This document shows, one piece after another, positions 1 through 11,579 of a stretch of DNA of 64,000 bases (position 1 is the stretch's first letter; each line of letters starts with the position of its first letter). The stretch lies in assembly GCA_963845535.1 (NCBI GenBank), contig CAWJSK010000023.1, positions 82,510-146,509 of the forward strand, given 5' to 3'. The notes beneath the pieces are model-generated. The model did no database searches. It worked only from the letters and a program-made list of their open reading frames with translations, and was not told where the DNA came from. This DNA comes from an uncultured Spirochaetota bacterium. Its GTDB lineage: Bacteria > Spirochaetota > Spirochaetia > SZUA-6 > Fen-1364. The translations under genes and the position numbers were made by a program.

Positions 1-1473
1 TGAAGCGAGAGCGCTCAACGCGTGGCCGGGGAGCTCCACTTCCGGCACGATGGTGATGAACCTTTCAGATGCGTAGGAGACGATCCGGCGAATCTCCTCC
101 TGGGTGTAGAAGCCGGAGTGGGGGACATTATCCGGCTTCCCCCGGGGATAGCTCATTGAGCCCGCGCGTACGGAACCGATGCGCGTCAGCTCAGGGTATC
201 GCTTGATCTCAACTCTCCATCCCTGGTCCTCGGTAAGGTGCCAGTGAAAAACGTTCAGCTTCTCCAGCGCCATGAGATCGAGGAGCCTCGTGACGGTCTC
301 TTCGCCCTGAAAGAATCTGCCTTCATCGAGCATGAAACCGCGCCAGGAAAAGCGCGGCGCATCCTCGATTTCGACGCAAGGCGCGCCGCACAGCTCCCCT
401 TCGCCGCGCAGCAGTTGCCGGAACGTCTGGATGGCGTAGAAAATGCCGGCGGGCTCGGCGGCCCGCATCTCTACACGGTCGGGACGCACGGAGAGCCTGT
501 ATCCCTCGTTACCGAGGGCGCTGCGGAGTAAAGGATCAAGCTTCAGGGAAATCGGGGAGACTTCCGCCTTCAGTGCTTCACCGCTCAGGGCCGGGCGTCC
601 CGTGGCAGTTTTCACAATGTGCTCGAGATGCCGGGCAACGCCGGCGAGCCGCGCCTCCCGAAGGATGAATGCGCCTCCCGCGGGCGCACTTCCCATGGAT
701 CCGCTTCCCATGGATCCGCTTCCGTGGAGGACAAAGAAGCCGGGCGTGAGCTCCAGCGCGCGCGGCTGGGGGATGATGGAATGACTGACGGCGGAGCCGA
801 TGCGCTTTGCAAAAACGATGGCGATGTGGCCCTCCAATCCGCGCCAGGATGTGCCAGGCCTTTGCTCGAGCATGGTGTAGCCGATTTTCCGGTAGAAAGG
901 GAGAGCCTTGAGGTTGCGGTTCGATGTCACGAGATGGATTCCAGCGACGCCAATGCCGGACATGCGCTGTTCGAAAAGCCCCATGAGGCTTTCTCCAATG
1001 CCCATGCGCTGATACCCGGGCAGGATGTTGATGTGGAGGTGGGCCGGGTAGTCATCATAATACTTTTCCCCAATCCCTCCGCGGGCTCCCGACCACGCGA
1101 GCGCCTGGCGGAAAGACTCCGGGTGCCTCCACCAGCTCACGAGGAACATCCTGAGCGTGATACGCCAGCGCATGCGGCGCGCGAAAAGCTTGTCATGAAT
1201 CCGGGAATCCGCCGCGCCGATGATGTACCCGATCACGCGCCCGTCCGATGCGTCGAAAGCTACGAACGCGTTCTCGGCATGGTACCTGAGATAGCATTCC
1301 GTGTTGAAAAGCGCGAAAAGCCGGCGGTAATTGAACAGCCCCCTGCCGTGGAGGTCTTCCCCGAGGAAGCCGGTCCGATGGAGAATATTGGTGACCTCGG
1401 GGCGGTCCTCTCTGCGGTACGGGCGGTATCCGATTTTTTCCTTGGGCGCGGTTATTGCTGGTTCCGGGCTCAT
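1..1473 (-). CDS. GNAT acetyltransferase fused to GH20 beta-N-acetylhexosaminidase (3' end beyond window start)
   Basis: Translated by hand; absent from the ORF track. One frame from ATG 1473: GNAT part (YRPYRREDR, GYIIG, YPAHLHINILPGYQRMGIG, FYRKIGY), then GH20 part (SIIPQP, EGYRL, PRFSWRGFMLD, KLNVFHWHLTEDQGWR, GFYTQEE, PEVELPGH). Confidence 0.9.
   Translation of the reverse strand, partial: MSPEPAITAPKEKIGYRPYRREDRPEVTNILHRTGFLGEDLHGRGLFNYRRLFALFNTECYLRYHAENAFVAFDASDGRVIGYIIGAADSRIHDKLFARRMRWRITLRMFLVSWWRHPESFRQALAWSGARGGIGEKYYDDYPAHLHINILPGYQRMGIGESLMGLFEQRMSGIGVAGIHLVTSNRNLKALPFYRKIGYTMLEQRPGTSWRGLEGHIAIVFAKRIGSAVSHSIIPQPRALELTPGFFVLHGSGSMGSGSMGSAPAGGAFILREARLAGVARHLEHIVKTATGRPALSGEALKAEVSPISLKLDPLLRSALGNEGYRLSVRPDRVEMRAAEPAGIFYAIQTFRQLLRGEGELCGAPCVEIEDAPRFSWRGFMLDEGRFFQGEETVTRLLDLMALEKLNVFHWHLTEDQGWRVEIKRYPELTRIGSVRAGSMSYPRGKPDNVPHSGFYTQEEIRRIVSYASERFITIVPEVELPGHALSALAS
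689..723. repeat. 15-bp tandem duplication (CTTCCCATGGATCCG x2)
   Basis: Copies at 689-703 and 704-718 plus a partial copy; encodes GSGSMGSGSMGS in the fusion protein. Confidence 0.85.
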
Positions 1474-1483
1474 GCGTGCGAAA

Positions 1484-1512
1484 ATCGTACACCCGCCCGA
1501 GTTTTGCTGCAA
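1484..1512 (-). promoter_or_regulatory. Putative sigma70 promoter of the GNAT-GH20 gene
   Basis: TTGCAG-17 bp-TACGAT, ending 10 nt before ATG 1473. Confidence 0.5.
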
Positions 1513-1601
1513 TCGAGAGCCTGGCGGGACTGACCTGGCCGTTTTACCAGACTATGCTCCGTAGATTTGAGGACTGGGATTTTGTATACTGTCAGTGACA
1601 A

Positions 1602-2096
1602 ATGAAATGCGAGATTTGCGGGCTGAAAGATGCCGTCATCCACATACGACAGATCCAGAAGGACCTGGTGCATGAGCTGCACATCTGCGAGGAGTGCGCG
1701 CAGGAGAAGGGGCTGATCCGTGAGGAGGAGTCCGAGCTTCCCATCGCCAACCTGCTCTCAGGGCTGCTGGAAGGCAAGGACATGACCGGAGCCGGGGACG
1801 TGAAAGAGGCCTGCCCACGCTGCGGCATGAAGGCATCCGAGTTCCGCAAGCAGGGCAAGCTCGGGTGCGCCGAGTGTTTTTCCGCGTTCCAGAAGGACGT
1901 AAAAGCCATCGTGTCCCAGATGGCGGCCCGTCCTCATCACGCGGGGAGGCTGCCCAGGTCCTTTGCCGAGCAGTCGGGCGTGGCGCTGGAGAATGACACG
2001 CTTCGCGAGGCGCTGCGGGAGGCCGTGGAGAAGGAGGACTACGAAGAGGCCGCGCGCCTGCGGGACAGGATCCGGGAGGTGGACAGCAGTGTTTGA
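1602..2096 (+). CDS. mcsA: McsA, activator of protein-arginine kinase
   Basis: CxxC pairs (CEIC, CEEC, CPRC, CAEC), C-terminal UVR motif (EDYEEAARLRDRI), upstream of mcsB-clpC. Confidence 0.92.
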   Translation: MKCEICGLKDAVIHIRQIQKDLVHELHICEECAQEKGLIREEESELPIANLLSGLLEGKDMTGAGDVKEACPRCGMKASEFRKQGKLGCAECFSAFQKDVKAIVSQMAARPHHAGRLPRSFAEQSGVALENDTLREALREAVEKEDYEEAARLRDRIREVDSSV

Positions 2097-3186
2097 CTTC
2101 ACCGGTCTCTCCGACATGAAAGGCTGGATGCGCGTTCCGGGAGAAGCGGTGAGCACGGAGGTGTCAGGGGACTCCCCGGGAAGCGTGGTCATTTCCAGCC
2201 GTGTCCGCCTGGCGCGGAACCTGAAAGCCTATCCTTTTCCCGGACGCTGCCCGGCGGAGCTTGAGAAAGAGTACCGTGACAGGATCATTGCGGCGTTTCA
2301 GCGATTGCCGAACGCGCAGGATTTTGCGATAATCTATCTCGACGATCTCTCCGCGCTGGAGAGAAGGATCCTCTTCGAGAGGAACCTCATCTCCCAGGGC
2401 TTTTCGCTTGAAAAGCAGAAAGCTGTAGTCCTCAGCGCGGATGAAACCGTTGCAGGGATCATCGGGGAAGACGACCATCTTCGCCTGGTGGGCATCAGAT
2501 CGGGAGCATGCCTTGAGTCGCTTCTGGGAAGGCTCGAGGTAATTGACTCGGACCTGGAGGAGTCGCTCGCTTTCGCGGTGTCGGCCGAGTGGGGATACCT
2601 CAATACGGCTATTACCAACCTCGGGACCGGCCTGAAGGCTTCCATGATGCTGCATCTGCCCGCCCTATCCATGAGCGGTCTCATCAAGAGAGCGGTCAAG
2701 GCATCCGCGCAGCTCGGTCTCTCCATACGGGGATTCTTCAGCGAGAGCATGGAATCCCTGGGAGACATGTATATCATTGCAAATGAGATCACAATCGGGC
2801 TGGCGGAGAGGGAGATCATCGGGAATCTGGGCCGTATTGCGGTCCAGCTTGCCGGCTACGAGAACAGGACGAGAGAGGAGCTGATGGACAAGAGGCGCAT
2901 CGACATCGAAGACAGGGTCTTCCGGGCGTGGGGGCTTCTGTCCTCCTGCCGTTACATAACGCACCGGGAGGCCATCGAATCCCTGTCCGCGCTCCGCCTG
3001 GGGATAGCCCTGGGCCTCATCGCGGCAATGGACGCGCCAACCATCACGGCGCTCCTCTTTCTCTCGCAGAAATCTCATATTCAGCGGGTGCTCCAGACCC
3101 AGGCGGAGCCCGTGGACACGAAGCTCATTGACTACACGCGGGCCAAGATCATCCGAGAGGCGTTGACGCAGGGAAGGGGAGGCTGA
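2089..3186 (+). CDS. mcsB: McsB-family protein-arginine kinase (atypical active-site motifs)
   Basis: [39 protein letters not shown]. Start placed at GTG 2089 overlapping the mcsA end; the track start 1963 is too long. Confidence 0.88.
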   Translation: MFDFTGLSDMKGWMRVPGEAVSTEVSGDSPGSVVISSRVRLARNLKAYPFPGRCPAELEKEYRDRIIAAFQRLPNAQDFAIIYLDDLSALERRILFERNLISQGFSLEKQKAVVLSADETVAGIIGEDDHLRLVGIRSGACLESLLGRLEVIDSDLEESLAFAVSAEWGYLNTAITNLGTGLKASMMLHLPALSMSGLIKRAVKASAQLGLSIRGFFSESMESLGDMYIIANEITIGLAEREIIGNLGRIAVQLAGYENRTREELMDKRRIDIEDRVFRAWGLLSSCRYITHREAIESLSALRLGIALGLIAAMDAPTITALLFLSQKSHIQRVLQTQAEPVDTKLIDYTRAKIIREALTQGRGG

Positions 3187-3190
3187 CGTC

Positions 3191-5719
3191 ATGTTCAAGG
3201 GACTTACGCAGCGGGCACAGAAGGTTCTCACCATCCTGGCGCAGGAGGAAGCCAAGCGCTTCCATTCGGACCAGCTCCTGCCGGAGCATATCATCCTTGC
3301 ACTCCTGAAGGACGGAGAGGGCGTTGCGGTCAAGGCTCTCCAGCGGATCAAGGTGAATATCGCGGAGATGCAGTCCGAGATCGAGAAGAGCCTTCCGAAG
3401 GGGAAAGGCGGGCTCATCCTGGGGGATGTTCCGCCGTCCAAGCGCGGGCAGAAAATCCTCGAGGATTCCGCGGAAGAGGCCCGCAACATGGGCCATGAAT
3501 ACATCGGAACCGAGCACCTTCTCCTGGCTTCCGTGAAGGAGCAGGGCAGCATTGTGGCGCGCTATCTGGCGCGCTATAACATCACTCCGAACGGTCTGCG
3601 GGAGGCAATCCTCCAGATCAGCGGAACCGGTGACTACAAGGCCGGGCAATCGCTCACCGGCAAGAAAAAGGCGCAGGCTCCCACGAAGAAACCCACTCCC
3701 ACCCTGGACGAGTTCGGCAGGGATCTCACGGCCTTCGCGCGTGAGAACAAGCTGGACCCGGTGATCGGCAGGGAGAAAGAGATCCAGAGGGTCATTCAAA
3801 TCCTCGCCCGGCGCACGAAGAACAACCCCGTGCTCATTGGAGAGCCAGGGGTCGGGAAGACCGCCATCGTCGAAGGGCTTGCGCAGAAGATCGTGGACGG
3901 CACCGTGCCGGAGGTGCTCATTGGCAAGAGGGTGCTCACGCTGGACCTCGCGTCGCTCGTTGCCGGCACGAAGTACCGCGGTGAGTTCGAGGAGCGCCTC
4001 AAGAGGGTCATGAAAGAGATCCTCACCGCGGGCAATGTGGTGCTCTTTATTGACGAGCTGCACACCATCATCGGGGCAGGCGGGGCCGAAGGCGCAATCG
4101 ACGCCTCCAACATGCTGAAGCCGGCACTCTCACGCGGAGAGCTTCAGTGCATTGGCGCAACGACCCTCAACGAATACAAGAAGCACATAGAGAAAGACGC
4201 CGCGCTGGAGAGGCGTTTCCAGCCCATCTACGTGAGTGAACCCTCGGTGGATGAAACCGTTGAAATCCTGAAAGGGATCAAGAAGAACTATGAGGAGCAC
4301 CACCACGTCACCTATACTCCCGCGGCAATCGAGGCAGCCTCCACGCTCTCCCGCCGCTACATAACGGAGCGCTACCTTCCTGACAAGGCCATCGACCTCA
4401 TTGACGAATCGGGGTCCCGCAGGCGCATCAGGAACTCCATCCGTCCGCGGGAGCTCGCGGACCTGGAAAAGGAGATCGAACGGCTCAACGCGGAGAAGAC
4501 GAACCTCGTCAACACGCAGAACTACGAGAAGGCCGCCGCGGTGCGCGACATGGTGCGCCAGCTCAAGGTCAAGGTGGACGACATCAAGAAGACGTGGGAA
4601 AGCACCATCGCGGTGGAAGAGAACGTCGTGGACGTGGAGGACATCCAGCAGGTGATCTCCGACATGACGGGGATCCCGCTTTCGCGCATCGTGCAGAGCG
4701 AATCGGAGAAGCTGCTCCATATCGAGGAAGAGCTGCACAAGAAGGTGATCGGACAGGAAGAGGCCATCTCCGTCATTGCCTCCGCCATCCGCCGGTCCCG
4801 CACGGGCCTCTCCTCGGCGCGCAGGCCGCTGGGCTCGTTCGTTTTCCTGGGACCCACGGGGGTGGGGAAGACACTCGTGGCCAAGACGCTGGCGGAGTTC
4901 CTTTTCGGAGACCCTGACGCGCTGGTCCGCATCGACATGTCGGACTTCATGGAGAAGCACAACGTGTCGCGGCTCGTCGGAGCGCCTCCGGGGTACGTGG
5001 GATATGAAGAGGGCGGGCTGCTGACGGAGAAGATCCGCAGGAGGCCGTTCAGCGTCATCCTTCTGGATGAGATCGAGAAGGCGCACCCGGACGTGTTCAA
5101 CATCCTTCTGCAAGTCCTTGAAGAGGGACAGCTTTCCGACAACCTCGGGCACTCGGTGTCCTTCCGCAATTCTGTCATGATCATGACCTCCAACCTCGGA
5201 GCCCGGGAGATCAACAAGGATTCCACGCTCGGGTTCCAGTCCGAAGAGGGCGGGATGAACTTCAAGGACATCCGCAACTTCGTAATGGCGGAAGTGAAGC
5301 GGGCGTTCAACCCAGAGTTCATCAACAGGATCGATGAGATCGTCGTTTTCCATAACCTCGACAGGACGCACCTGGGCCAGATATTCGACCTCATGGTGAA
5401 AGAGATTTCGGAACGCCTGGTCGAGCAGAAGATCACGATCTCCGTGAAGAAAAAGGCGCGCGAATATCTGATCGAGAAGGGCTTTGATGAGAAGTTCGGC
5501 GCCCGCCCGCTGCGCCGCCTGTTGCAGAAAGAGGTGGAGGATCCGCTCTCTCTGGAGATCCTCCGAGGGAAGTTCCAGGCGGGAGACGCCATTGACATCG
5601 ACATTCGTGCGGAGAAGGTCACCTTCAAGAAGCAGGAGCCGCGCAATGTGCTGCCGCTCACGCCTCAGCCCGCCGGCCTCCTGCCGGGAGAAAAGGAGCC
5701 TGAAAAGGTCACCACGTGA
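3191..5719 (+). CDS. clpC: ATP-dependent Clp protease ATP-binding subunit ClpC
   Basis: Clp-N repeats, two AAA+ modules ([16 protein letters not shown]), UVR M-domain, GARPLRR. Confidence 0.97.
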   Translation: MFKGLTQRAQKVLTILAQEEAKRFHSDQLLPEHIILALLKDGEGVAVKALQRIKVNIAEMQSEIEKSLPKGKGGLILGDVPPSKRGQKILEDSAEEARNMGHEYIGTEHLLLASVKEQGSIVARYLARYNITPNGLREAILQISGTGDYKAGQSLTGKKKAQAPTKKPTPTLDEFGRDLTAFARENKLDPVIGREKEIQRVIQILARRTKNNPVLIGEPGVGKTAIVEGLAQKIVDGTVPEVLIGKRVLTLDLASLVAGTKYRGEFEERLKRVMKEILTAGNVVLFIDELHTIIGAGGAEGAIDASNMLKPALSRGELQCIGATTLNEYKKHIEKDAALERRFQPIYVSEPSVDETVEILKGIKKNYEEHHHVTYTPAAIEAASTLSRRYITERYLPDKAIDLIDESGSRRRIRNSIRPRELADLEKEIERLNAEKTNLVNTQNYEKAAAVRDMVRQLKVKVDDIKKTWESTIAVEENVVDVEDIQQVISDMTGIPLSRIVQSESEKLLHIEEELHKKVIGQEEAISVIASAIRRSRTGLSSARRPLGSFVFLGPTGVGKTLVAKTLAEFLFGDPDALVRIDMSDFMEKHNVSRLVGAPPGYVGYEEGGLLTEKIRRRPFSVILLDEIEKAHPDVFNILLQVLEEGQLSDNLGHSVSFRNSVMIMTSNLGAREINKDSTLGFQSEEGGMNFKDIRNFVMAEVKRAFNPEFINRIDEIVVFHNLDRTHLGQIFDLMVKEISERLVEQKITISVKKKAREYLIEKGFDEKFGARPLRRLLQKEVEDPLSLEILRGKFQAGDAIDIDIRAEKVTFKKQEPRNVLPLTPQPAGLLPGEKEPEKVTT

Positions 5720-5896
5720 GCCCCGGCACGCAGTCGGGGCCTCGTGGCTGAGGCCCGGCAACTACGAGAAAGCGTTGACGCGATGACGCAATGTCTGCGG
5801 ATCGCATAGCTGTTCCCTGCCCATACCGATCTCGGAGCCGAATTGCCCCCCCTCGCTGAAAGCCGCGCGCCAGGTGTTGGCGGTATATTTCTCCGT

Positions 5897-6478
5897 ATGG
5901 AGGGGATCGCGCTCGGGGCGGCTTCTTTCTGCGTCATCTTCTGGGTGGACGTGCTTTCGTTGAAAGGGATGCGCGCCGTGCAGCCCATCGTGTGGATTTC
6001 CAGTACCGCCCTGTTTGCCGCCGGGCTCGTACTGTGCCTTGAGCATCCCGGCAGCCTCTCTCTGCCCGTGCCGGTGCGCGCCCTCGGGTGGGCACTGACC
6101 ATCGCGTTCGGCTTGCTGCTTATCTACTCCTTGTTTGTCGAAATCCCGCTGTTTCAGGCGCCTTCGAAAGTGGTATCCCGCGGCACGTATGCCTTGTGCC
6201 GTCATCCCGGGGTGCTCTGGTTCTCCGCAATGCTGGCGGCGCTTTTCCTGGCCCGCGGTTCAACGTGGCTGCTCCTGGCGGCGCCGGTCTGGATTTCACT
6301 CGATGTCCTGTATGCCGTGCTGCAGGAGAGACTTTTCTTCGTCCGCCTGTTCGGCGCGGGGTACCGTTCGTATCAGCGGGAAGTCCCAATGTTCCTCCCG
6401 ACCTCCCGAAGCGCGCGCGAATGCGCTCGGACGATCTTTCGCGGCGAAAGCGGGGGAGAAATGAACGTGAAGAGGTGA
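5897..6478 (+). CDS. Membrane methyltransferase, ICMT/PEMT family
   Basis: Several hydrophobic segments, GTYALCRHP, and QERLFFVRLFGAGYRSYQREVPMFLP tail typical of the family. ATG 5897 lies 7 nt after a TATATT hexamer. Confidence 0.75.
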   Translation: MEGIALGAASFCVIFWVDVLSLKGMRAVQPIVWISSTALFAAGLVLCLEHPGSLSLPVPVRALGWALTIAFGLLLIYSLFVEIPLFQAPSKVVSRGTYALCRHPGVLWFSAMLAALFLARGSTWLLLAAPVWISLDVLYAVLQERLFFVRLFGAGYRSYQREVPMFLPTSRSARECARTIFRGESGGEMNVKR

Positions 6479-6484
6479 ACGCGG

Positions 6485-8101
6485 ATGGAAACGTTGCTGG
6501 AGATGCATCGCCGCGGAGACAGGGAGGGAATCTGGAAACGCTACTGCGGGTTTCTGGAGCTCACCGTGGAGGAGTTCAACGCCACCCAGGCGCGGCTTCT
6601 GGAAGAGCAGCTTGGGAAGTGGAAGACCAGCGCGCTCGTGAAGAGGATCCTGGGTGACCCGCTGCCGAGAACCGAGGAAGAGTTTCGCGCCCGGGCGCCC
6701 ATAACCACGTACGAGGACTACGCGGGGAGCCTTTTGTCCCGAACGGACAAGGACCTTCCTGGCCCCACGCACACGTGGGTCCACACGTCCGGCAAGAGCG
6801 CCGAATACGAGTTCAAGTGGGTGCCGTACACCCAGGCGATGTACGACAATCTTTCCGACTGCACCCTTGCGTCGTTCATCCTCGGACCGTGCCGCGAGCG
6901 TGGGCATATCGCCCTGCGGGAAGGGGACCGGTTGATGTTTTCCCTGGCCCCCGCTCCGTACGTCTCAGGCCTGTGCATGCAGGCCCTGCGCGAGCAGTTC
7001 AACTTCACGATCTGGCCTGAGTACGAGAAAGCCTTGAAGATGGACTTCTTCGACAGGACCCGTGAAGGGATACGGCTCGCATTCTCCGAGGGCATCGACT
7101 ACTTCTACGGGATCACCTCGATCATGCTCAATATCAGCGAGCAGCTTGAACAGGCAGGAAAGCGGGGGAAAGGCGGGCAGGCGGACGGCCTTCTGCGCCA
7201 GCCGAAGGCCGTCCTGCGCCTCCTGAAAGGAATGCTGAAGGCCAGGCTCCGGGGCGGACCACTGCGGCCTCGGGATCTTTGGAACGTGAAGGGGATCATG
7301 TGCTCGGGGATGGATACGGCCATCTACCGTGACAGGATCCGCGCGATGTGGGGGGAGTATCCGTGGGAAGTCTATGGCTGCACGGAGCTCGCGTTCATCG
7401 GGTTCCAGCATTACGCCGGCCCGGGGCTCGTCCTCAGGGACCGGAGCTGCTACGTCGAGTTCATGGAGCTGGAGCACTACGCCCGTTGGAAGGAGGACCG
7501 CACGCAGCGGCCACCCCTGCGGAGGCTGTCCGAGTTGGAGGCGGGAAAGGAGTACGTGCTCGTGGGGACGAGCTTCCACGGCGGCGTCTTCGTCCGCTAT
7601 GTCCCCGGAGATTCCCTGAAGGTCGCTTCCCTGGCGGATGAGAGCCTGGACCTCAAGCTCCCGCGGTTCATGTTTTCCTCGCGCATAGACGACGTGATCG
7701 ACATTGCCGGTTTCACGCGTCTTTCGGAGAAGGTGATCTGGTCCGCCATCGAGAAGTCAGGGATCGACTATGTGGACTGGGTGGTGGCCAAGGAATACCG
7801 CAACGAGAACCCTGTGCTGCACCTCTACCTGGAGACGCGCACGGATAGGTATGACCCGCTTCGCGTGCGGGAGCTGATCCATGAGCAGCTCACGCGCATC
7901 GACGAGCCGTACCGCGACCTGGAACAGATGGCGGGGATCAAGCCTCTTGTCGTCACCCTTCTGACGCGGAGCACGTTTGCCCGCTACCAGAAGGAGAGGC
8001 AGGCGGCCGGATCCGATCTTGCGCATTCCAAGCCGCAGCACATGAACCCGGGTCCCGAGGTGGTGTCCCGGCTTTTGGCAATGAGCGCTTTGGAGATATA
8101 G
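6485..8101 (+). CDS. GH3-family acyl-adenylate-forming acyl acid amido synthetase
   Basis: PITTYEDY, HTSGKS..KWVP (motif I), YGCTE (motif II), RYVPGD (motif III). Confidence 0.88.
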   Translation: METLLEMHRRGDREGIWKRYCGFLELTVEEFNATQARLLEEQLGKWKTSALVKRILGDPLPRTEEEFRARAPITTYEDYAGSLLSRTDKDLPGPTHTWVHTSGKSAEYEFKWVPYTQAMYDNLSDCTLASFILGPCRERGHIALREGDRLMFSLAPAPYVSGLCMQALREQFNFTIWPEYEKALKMDFFDRTREGIRLAFSEGIDYFYGITSIMLNISEQLEQAGKRGKGGQADGLLRQPKAVLRLLKGMLKARLRGGPLRPRDLWNVKGIMCSGMDTAIYRDRIRAMWGEYPWEVYGCTELAFIGFQHYAGPGLVLRDRSCYVEFMELEHYARWKEDRTQRPPLRRLSELEAGKEYVLVGTSFHGGVFVRYVPGDSLKVASLADESLDLKLPRFMFSSRIDDVIDIAGFTRLSEKVIWSAIEKSGIDYVDWVVAKEYRNENPVLHLYLETRTDRYDPLRVRELIHEQLTRIDEPYRDLEQMAGIKPLVVTLLTRSTFARYQKERQAAGSDLAHSKPQHMNPGPEVVSRLLAMSALEI

Positions 8102-8159
8102 TCTCTCCGGCGCACAGGGGGATTCGGTTCGAATGCAGGGCTCATAAGGATAACCGCGG

Positions 8160-11100
8160 ATGCTTGTGTACGCAGCAACAATCAAGTTTCTCGCGTTGAT
8201 AGGATACGTGGTTCTTCTCTTCGTCTGCCTGCGCAGCCGGGTGGCTCCGTCGCTGAAGCTGCACTTCGCCCTCTACCTCCTGGGGCTCGGCTTCTGGCAG
8301 CTCACGTCGCTCGTCCTGACGGTCACCTCCAGCCCGCGGGCCGCGCTGTTCTGGTACAACATGGAGGTCTCCAGCCTCGGGCTTCAGAGCGTGATCTTCC
8401 TTCCGCTGACGCGGACTTTCCTCCAGATCAGGAGCCGCCCGGGGATATCGATTGCGGCATACGTGATGTGCGTGGCCGTCGTGATGGCTGGAGTGCTCGG
8501 CATTTCATTTTCCGGCGTGGTGTTGGGCGGGTCCGGATACTTCATTCCCACCCTGGCTCCCGCGGCATATGGAGTGAGCTTCGTTGGATACTTCTTCTGG
8601 ATATGGGGCGTCTCCGCGCTCGTTGCCGGGCTTCGCAGGGAGCGCCTCCGACTGCAGCGAAACCGGATCCAGTACGTGCTCCTTGGCGCGCTGACCGTCA
8701 TGGCGGGGATAGCCACGAACTATACGTCACTTCAGGCGTACCCCGTGGATACCGTCTGCGCGCTCATCAACGCGGTGCTTGTGGCGTATTCCGTGACGCG
8801 CTACCGGCTTGTCGACACGGGGTTGGTCCTGCGGAGGGCGCTCACCATCATGCTGCTGGCCGTCATCGGCATTGGCGGCTACATCCTCTTCTCCTATGTG
8901 GCGGGGCTTGTCGCTCAACCCGCGGGCCGGTGGGAGTTCAGCGTGCCCGGGCTCGTCGGGTTCATCATCCTTTTCTCTCTGTTCATCCTCCTGGGGTGGA
9001 AATCCGTCAAGCCGCTCATCGACCGGATTGCCGGCAGGCGCACCCTCAGCTACGACCGCGTGCTGGAGCAGTTCAGCCAGGCCGCGCGCTCGGAGCTGGA
9101 GATCGGGAAGCTGAAAAGCCTCGTGGTGCAGACGGCGGTCGACGCCGTGGGAGCCGAACGGGGCTGCCTCCTGTCCGGCCGCGGGCCCTCGGATGACTAC
9201 ACGGCGGACAGCGTCTTCGGTTCATGGCCCGCCGAGCTCAACGGGTTCTCCGTGAAGTCCTCCGACGATTTCGTTCGGGCGTTGAAAGGCCGCAAGTTTC
9301 CCCTCTGGGAACAGGAGCTCGCTCTCAACCCCGGCCTGGCCTACCTGAGGCCCCTCTGCGAGCCTTTCTTTCAGGTCACGGGAACCTCCGTGGCCATCCC
9401 CGTGATCCAGGAGGAATCGCTCCAGGGCATCCTGTGCCTGGGAAACAGGGTCTCCGACGGCTTGTACGGGACCGAGGATCTCCGCTTCCTGTCCACGCTT
9501 GCCAACGTGGCGGCGTCAACGTTCGCCGTTGCGTTGAACTATCGAGAGATCCGTCGACAGCTTTCCATCCAGACTTTCCTTTTCGTTCTCAGCGAATCGC
9601 TCGTGCGCTTTGCAGGATCCGAGGAGGCCATCCGTACGGCCCTTGGGGTCCTGCGGGATTTCCTGGGAGTCGAGGACTGCTTCGTGCTCGCGCTGGGCAG
9701 GGCTGGGGAGGTGCGCGTGCACTCCATCCGTGAGCCTGCGCCGCGCCTCGAGGAACAGCTCACGTGGGTGGGCGCGTCGTTGGCGGCCGGCAAAGGGAAA
9801 CGCCGCAGCGACCCTCGCTTCGCGGAGGCGCTGGACGCCTCGGGCATGGAGCTGATGGATCACCATCCCGGGACATCGCTCGTCAGCTCCCTCACGTATC
9901 TGCCCCTTTCAAGCGGCGGGGAGTTGATGGGCTTCCTGGCGCTGACGGGGCGCAGAGGTGACGGCGCGGGCCGTGAGGACAGCGCGTTTTCCGGGGCGTT
10001 CCGTGCCATTCTTTCCCAGGGCCTTCTTTCCCTTCGGCACGTATCAGAGCTTCGGGCGCTGAAGGAACGGTATCAGTCGCTTTTCGAAAGCGTGCTGGAC
10101 GCCGTGATAACGTTTTCTGAGGACGGCCGGCTGATCGACACCAACCCGGCGGGAAGGGAGCTTTTCGGGATCAGCACCGGGGAGGGCGGAGACTGGAACC
10201 TGTCCCGCAACTGCCGCCTCCAGCCGGAGGAGTTCTCGGCGCTTCAGACGGAGCTGGCAGAGCGCGGGAGCATCCGGGACTTCGAGATGCATCTTCAGGG
10301 TCCGCCGGGCGGCGCGCGGACGGTGCTTTTCAGCGGCGGCGTGGACGACAGGTCGCCAAGCAGCCAGCGCGTGGTCCACGGCATCCTGCGGGACGTGACG
10401 GAGCAGCGGGAGCTGCAGCGCCAGCTCCTCCAGGCGCAGAAGATGGAAAGCATCGGGACAATGGCCGGTGGGATTGCCCATGATTTCAACAACATCCTGA
10501 CCGCGGCCATCGGTTACGCAAAGCTCATTCGGGAGGACATCGCGGATCCGGACTCCGTCCTTTCCCACCTCCGGATCGTCGAATCGAGCATGCACAGGGC
10601 AACCGACCTGACGCGACGCCTCCTGTCGTTTGCCCGGGAAGGCATCGTGGACCGCAGGCCGGTGAGGATCAACGACATCGTGCTGGAGACCGTCCAGCTC
10701 CTGCGCCGAAGCCTGGACCTTTCCATCGACGTCAGGACCGAATGCCAGCCGGAGCTTCCGGCAATCATGGGTGACCACGGCCAGATCCACCAGATGCTCA
10801 TGAACCTCTGCGTCAACGCCGGGGACGCAATGCCGCACGGAGGCGTCCTCAGCCTGAAAACGCGGCTGAAGGAGAGCTTCGGGTCTCGGGAAGGGCCGGC
10901 GGCCGGGGCGCAGGAAAAGCGGCGCGTGCTTCTGGAGGTCAGCGACACCGGGACGGGCATCGAGGCCGGCCATCTTCCGAGGATTTTCGATCCTTTCTTC
11001 ACCACCAAGGGACCGGGCAAAGGGACAGGGCTGGGACTGTCGATCGTGTATGGAATCGTCCAGAGGCACGGCGGCCGCATTGAGGTGTCCAGCGTTCGCG

Positions 11101-11579
11101 GCCAGGGAACGGTTTTCGAGATTTCCTTTCCCGTCACGGAGACCGGCCCGGTCACGGCAACCATCTCCGCGGATGCCGCCCCGACTGCCCGGGGCCACGA
11201 AACGATCATGATCGTCGACGACGAGGCGGACCTTAGGAGTCTCGTGAGGATCACCCTGGGGGAACGGGGCTACACGGTGATCGAGGCCGCTGACGGGATT
11301 GAGGCCGTGGAGCTGTTCCAGGCAAGCTCCACCCCCATCGACCTCGTCCTCATCGACCTCATCATGCCGCGGCTGGGCGGACGGGAGACGTACGTGAAAA
11401 TGCGGGAGCTCGATCCACGGATCAAGGCGCTTTTTGCGACCGGCTACGGGATTGACGACAAGACGGAAGACCTGCTTGCAACGGGCGCCTTGGGGATCAT
11501 CAGGAAACCCTACGAGGTGGAGTCAGTGGAAAAGGAGATACGGCGCATCCTCGACGCCCCGGTTCAGTCCCCGCCATAG
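8160..11579 (+). CDS. Hybrid sensor histidine kinase (multi-TM N-terminus, GAF, GAF-like, PAS, HisKA, HATPase, REC)
   Basis: [39 protein letters not shown]; receiver IVDDE...LIDLIMP; about 280 hydrophobic N-terminal residues. Confidence 0.93.
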   Translation: MLVYAATIKFLALIGYVVLLFVCLRSRVAPSLKLHFALYLLGLGFWQLTSLVLTVTSSPRAALFWYNMEVSSLGLQSVIFLPLTRTFLQIRSRPGISIAAYVMCVAVVMAGVLGISFSGVVLGGSGYFIPTLAPAAYGVSFVGYFFWIWGVSALVAGLRRERLRLQRNRIQYVLLGALTVMAGIATNYTSLQAYPVDTVCALINAVLVAYSVTRYRLVDTGLVLRRALTIMLLAVIGIGGYILFSYVAGLVAQPAGRWEFSVPGLVGFIILFSLFILLGWKSVKPLIDRIAGRRTLSYDRVLEQFSQAARSELEIGKLKSLVVQTAVDAVGAERGCLLSGRGPSDDYTADSVFGSWPAELNGFSVKSSDDFVRALKGRKFPLWEQELALNPGLAYLRPLCEPFFQVTGTSVAIPVIQEESLQGILCLGNRVSDGLYGTEDLRFLSTLANVAASTFAVALNYREIRRQLSIQTFLFVLSESLVRFAGSEEAIRTALGVLRDFLGVEDCFVLALGRAGEVRVHSIREPAPRLEEQLTWVGASLAAGKGKRRSDPRFAEALDASGMELMDHHPGTSLVSSLTYLPLSSGGELMGFLALTGRRGDGAGREDSAFSGAFRAILSQGLLSLRHVSELRALKERYQSLFESVLDAVITFSEDGRLIDTNPAGRELFGISTGEGGDWNLSRNCRLQPEEFSALQTELAERGSIRDFEMHLQGPPGGARTVLFSGGVDDRSPSSQRVVHGILRDVTEQRELQRQLLQAQKMESIGTMAGGIAHDFNNILTAAIGYAKLIREDIADPDSVLSHLRIVESSMHRATDLTRRLLSFAREGIVDRRPVRINDIVLETVQLLRRSLDLSIDVRTECQPELPAIMGDHGQIHQMLMNLCVNAGDAMPHGGVLSLKTRLKESFGSREGPAAGAQEKRRVLLEVSDTGTGIEAGHLPRIFDPFFTTKGPGKGTGLGLSIVYGIVQRHGGRIEVSSVRGQGTVFEISFPVTETGPVTATISADAAPTARGHETIMIVDDEADLRSLVRITLGERGYTVIEAADGIEAVELFQASSTPIDLVLIDLIMPRLGGRETYVKMRELDPRIKALFATGYGIDDKTEDLLATGALGIIRKPYEVESVEKEIRRILDAPVQSPP

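Noticed and set aside
619..1533. 304-aa plus-strand ORF
   Set aside because: Antisense shadow of the GNAT-GH20 gene, with no motifs.
1500..1601. CtsR box upstream of mcsA
   Set aside because: No RGTCAAA direct repeat found.
4130..5761. Long antisense ORFs here and at 17679-19472, 36610-37935, 40090-41868 and 58415-60049
   Set aside because: Mirror frames of real genes, expected in GC-rich DNA.
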